From NCBI RefSeq assembly GCF_000025125.1, contig NC_013771.1, positions 1,110,001 to 1,142,000 on the forward strand: DNA of 32,000 nucleotides. Direction: 5' to 3'. Of the stretch, positions 28,623 through 32,000 are shown one piece after another (positions within the stretch are counted from its first letter, which is position 1; every line of letters starts with the position of its first letter). The notes beneath the pieces were generated by a model. It was not told the origin of the DNA. It was given only the letters and a program-made list of their open reading frames with translations, and searched no databases. A program made the translations under genes and the position numbers. This DNA comes from Candidatus Atelocyanobacterium thalassa isolate ALOHA. GTDB taxonomy: Bacteria; Cyanobacteriota; Cyanobacteriia; Cyanobacteriales; Microcystaceae.

Positions 28623-29605
28623 TTATAATAGTCCTTTCTAAAATGTTAAGTGAATTTAAATGAATCTAAACAATGAAAAAGTAAACATTAAATCTAATAC
28701 TGCAAGTATTTTACTTAAAAAATATATACTAACTTTAGTAATAACTATTTTAAGGATGACGATTACTTTCTTTTCTATAGATTATAAAATTGCTTTAGAA
28801 AATTTTTGATGTTGTGTTGGAGAAATATGTTTCTAAAGCAGACAAGAAATTTATTTTCATAAAGGATAATTTTTACTAGAAACTAAGTTCATTAAGAATT
28901 AGAAAAATTAATTTGTTTTTCTATACAAATATATCCGGTTTACTATTTTAACAATAGAAGTGACATTCTGAGCTCATAAGTAAGAAAAATAAAATAAATT
29001 AGTTACTAAAACTTATAAAATAATATGTAACTAAAGATATTTTTATAAAAAAATCTAAGTCAAAATCATACGTTATTAGAGCAAAAAGTCAGTGACTGAT
29101 GATTAGGAAAAGTACTATCATCCGGTATATTTGATATCTTATTGTAAATAATAACAAAGCTCCTATCAAATTTTACCTATATAAAAAACTGAAGATTAAT
29201 AAGTGTAAAATTAAAGCTAATATAAAGCTTTCATTTTTTACTTAGACAATTTCTGTCATAACTATTCTAGTTATATCACTTATTTGAAATTTTATAAAAT
29301 TGTTATATCTCTCTGAGTATTCTAAAAACTAAAATTTAGTTTTGTATTTATAATTTTTACATCACTAAATTTTCATAATTGTGAACATTTTATTGACTTT
29401 ATTTTTTAGGTACATAACATTATTTAACTTAAGTATTTTAGACAATATTATTTTTTATCAATCAAAATACAAGTATCATTGCTAAAAATTGTCTTAATTA
29501 TCGCAAAATCATAGATTGTAAATTCATGAAGAGTAAAAGGTTATAAAGATATTAGACTGAACTACTTAAAATTATATTTGTATTTTTAGGCGTAATATTT
29601 TTAAA

Positions 29606-30565
29606 CTATTTTTTTACGATATAGTCATCATAGACTTCCAAAACAACTTGAACAGAAAATGAGGATGTTTGTGAACCATGGGGAGAGTTGATAAGTTTTA
29701 CTCCTTCTTCTACTTGTTCAAAATTTGGAGCTTGTAACTTGTTATGTTGTAGAAACATCCGAATGACTCTTCTTTGCAAAGCCAAGGGTATTGTTTGTAA
29801 TATTTTTTTATTAAGCTGAGTTTTCTTTTTATTAGAAGCTAGTTTTAGAATTTTTCCTGCTTCTTTCTCTAAATAATCAGATTCTGCTTTTAAAACTTTT
29901 GATGCTTGATATAAAGTTTTTTCAACTTGAGGATTAAAATTTAATTTTAAATATGGTACTAGCTGTTTACGGATTCTATTACGTGCATAATCAAAATTAG
30001 TATTAACCTCATCTTCCCAAACCGGTAAGTTAAGTTGCCTACAAAAAAATAATGTTTCAGTACGGGAAGTATTTAATAAAGGACGTACCAAATTGATTGA
30101 ATTAGTTAAAGGTCTTGTATTTGTTAATACACTTAAGCCATGGCTTCCTGCACCTCTGATCAAATTATATAAGACTGTTTCTGCCAAATCGCTTAAAGTG
30201 TGACCTGTTACTATTGCGGTAAAGTTATTCTCTCTTGCGACTTCTAACAATACTTTGTAACGCCACTCTCTAGCTATAGATTCAGTGATTTTTAATATTT
30301 GTGTTCGTTTTAAATAAAAATCAATATTCCATTCTTCAGATATCTTCTTAACATGATCAGAAATTCCTGTATCGGATGGCCAACCATGATCACAATGAGC
30401 AATAGAAACCTCCCAATCCCATTTTATCCTGAGATCCATAATTATTTTGAGCAAACAGAGTGAATCCTGCCCTCCTGAAACTGCAACCAAGATACGTTTT
30501 TTCGGAGGAAGAATTAAACTATTTTGAAGAGTTTTATGTACTTTTGTATGAAGAGATGTCCACAT
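29606..30565 (-). CDS. tilS: tRNA(Ile)-lysidine synthase
   Basis: 319 aa with the PP-loop ILVAVSGGQDSLCL near the N-terminus and ..TGHTLSDLAETVLYNLIRG.. typical of TilS. Confidence 0.92.
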   Translation of the reverse strand: MWTSLHTKVHKTLQNSLILPPKKRILVAVSGGQDSLCLLKIIMDLRIKWDWEVSIAHCDHGWPSDTGISDHVKKISEEWNIDFYLKRTQILKITESIAREWRYKVLLEVARENNFTAIVTGHTLSDLAETVLYNLIRGAGSHGLSVLTNTRPLTNSINLVRPLLNTSRTETLFFCRQLNLPVWEDEVNTNFDYARNRIRKQLVPYLKLNFNPQVEKTLYQASKVLKAESDYLEKEAGKILKLASNKKKTQLNKKILQTIPLALQRRVIRMFLQHNKLQAPNFEQVEEGVKLINSPHGSQTSSFSVQVVLEVYDDYIVKK

Positions 30566-30686
30566 TAAACGTTTCGTATTTTACTGACTAGTTTATAGAA
30601 TGATAAATAAACATGAAAATTGTTTAATAATAATTATTAGAAACTATACAAAATTTGACTCTTAACATTATAGAAAAGCTACTAGT

Positions 30687-31703
30687 CTAACGAAAAATTT
30701 GCTTTATAAAAACCAACCATAAGAATGTAATCCATTTCCTAAAAAGGTTAACTCCTAAGTAGCATATCCAGATCATTACAAAGCCTCCCGCTGCTAGAAT
30801 TGCTGGCTTTCTACCTTGCCAGTCCTTGGTTATTCTGGCATGCAAATAAGCGGCAAATACCAGCCAAGTAATAAAAGCCCAAGTTTCTTTTGGATCCCAA
30901 CTCCAGTAAGAACCCCAAGCTTCATTTGCCCATACTGCCCCAGCTATTATACCAATAGTCAATAACGGAAATCCTAAGCCTATGATCCTATAACTAAGAT
31001 TATCTAAATTATCTGCTAATTGAAGATGTTGAGGAGATAAATTTGTTTTAATAATAGATTCGTTATTTATACCTAAATTAAGTTCTTTGTTGTTAGAATT
31101 CTGAACTTTTTGAATCAAATGATTTGTGTTTTCAGGAAAATTTCTTGATAAATTATTTCTATAACTTCCTGTTCCAACAGAACTACCACGAAGATTAATA
31201 TCTTGATTCCTTGTAATAACTAAAAAAGCAATAGAAATAATGGAGCCTACCATTAAAGTAGAATAACTCAACATCATAATGCTAACATGCATCATCAACC
31301 AATTAGACTTAAGAGCAGGAACAAGGGGAGCTGAAACCTTCATGCTTGATGGTAAAGACATTGTGGCAAAAGCGGTAATTGCCATAGCTATAGGTGTTGT
31401 AACAACTCCTATTAGAGACATACCAAGCATCGATTCAGTTATTAAGTAAGTAGTAAGAATACCCCAAGTTAGGAAAAAAAGTGATTCATATAGATTACTT
31501 AAAGGAAAATAACCGCCTTCTAGCCATCTTGCTCCTAGCAAAGTTGCTATCAGTAAATTTGCTATTATTCCTCCGGTAGTTCCTAAGGTAGGTAGCCAAG
31601 TTAAAGAAGGGAAAGCTTTTCCTATCCAGTAAATTAGCATTGTCAATAACAAAATAAAAAACGATGCATTATCTAAAAAATTTTCTAAAATTACTAAATC
31701 CAT
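30687..31703 (-). CDS. ccsA: Cytochrome c biogenesis protein CcsA (system II heme handling). The C-terminal about 13 residues are replaced by an apparent frameshift.
   Basis: It has the Trp-rich WWD-type motif [14 protein letters not shown] and multiple TM helices. The likely start is Met8 (31703, [15 protein letters not shown]). The ORF ends ..[24 protein letters not shown]. Removing one base from the A5 run at 30741-30745 instead gives ..[18 protein letters not shown], with a stop at 30704-30706. That is the canonical CcsA C-terminus. Confidence 0.9.
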   Translation of the reverse strand: MDLVILENFLDNASFFILLLTMLIYWIGKAFPSLTWLPTLGTTGGIIANLLIATLLGARWLEGGYFPLSNLYESLFFLTWGILTTYLITESMLGMSLIGVVTTPIAMAITAFATMSLPSSMKVSAPLVPALKSNWLMMHVSIMMLSYSTLMVGSIISIAFLVITRNQDINLRGSSVGTGSYRNNLSRNFPENTNHLIQKVQNSNNKELNLGINNESIIKTNLSPQHLQLADNLDNLSYRIIGLGFPLLTIGIIAGAVWANEAWGSYWSWDPKETWAFITWLVFAAYLHARITKDWQGRKPAILAAGGFVMIWICYLGVNLFRKWITFLWLVFIKQIFR

Positions 31704-31914
31704 AAAATATCTAGTCTCCACCATTTTATTAGCTTATTTTCTTGTTTGATTCTAAGTTATTAATATTTTCCCATATAGTAGAAATCTTAATTTGTTCAGC
31801 TAAATATAAATATTGTTATTAATTTACACTTATATCTTAATACATAAGACTTTAACTAAATCAATAGAAGTGTATTATTTTTTTCTTATTATTAATATGT
31901 ATGAGAAATCCTAA

Positions 31915-31951
31915 GAGATTATCTTTCAGGCTATGCCTGAAAGATAATCTC
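31915..31951. repeat. Perfect 17-bp palindrome with a 3-nt loop
   Basis: gagattatctttcaggc (31915-31931), tat, gcctgaaagataatctc (31935-31951). This is an exact reverse complement. It lies about 210 nt upstream of the ccsA start. There is no U-tract on either strand. Confidence 0.8.
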
Positions 31952-32000
31952 ATAAGTGAATTGGTATTTGCAAAATTTGAGATTGTATCAACATTTAAAA

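Noticed and set aside
1-32000. CRISPR arrays, transposases or IS elements, integrases, prophage genes, toxin-antitoxin or defence islands, and a reassigned genetic code
   Set aside because: There are no regularly spaced direct repeats and no ORFs with such signatures. The inverted repeats found do not flank ORFs. All conserved genes read through with the standard code, and the only breaks are the two homopolymer frameshifts. I therefore do not claim a novel multi-gene system here.

Overview
The window is very AT-rich and its gene content is unmistakably cyanobacterial: hemC, ferredoxin-type sulfite reductase, ccsA, LL-DAP aminotransferase, an SLH-OprB porin, YGGT/Ycf19 and a PDPRWA-type RRM protein. 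About three quarters is coding. It holds 24 protein genes, almost all housekeeping, and one tRNA(CAU). These are separated by unusually long, ORF-free AT-rich spacers of up to about 1 kb. Together with a single HIP1 octamer, this suggests (inference only) a genome-reduced cyanobacterium such as an endosymbiont of the Crocosphaera/Cyanothece lineage. I found no CRISPR array, transposase, integrase, phage genes, toxin-antitoxin pair or defence-like cluster, and I cannot support any claim of a novel multi-gene system. The most interesting signals are two conserved genes, a lytic murein transglycosylase and ccsA. In each, the conserved reading frame is broken by a 1-nt frame change that I localise to an A/T homopolymer. 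Many other genes carry in-frame A8-A9 tracts. This pattern fits recent gene decay, slippage-dependent expression or homopolymer sequencing error. Other observations are several long perfect palindromes, a duplicated mini-ORF motif at the mgtE start, and a probable tRNA-Ile2(CAU) in the same window as tilS.
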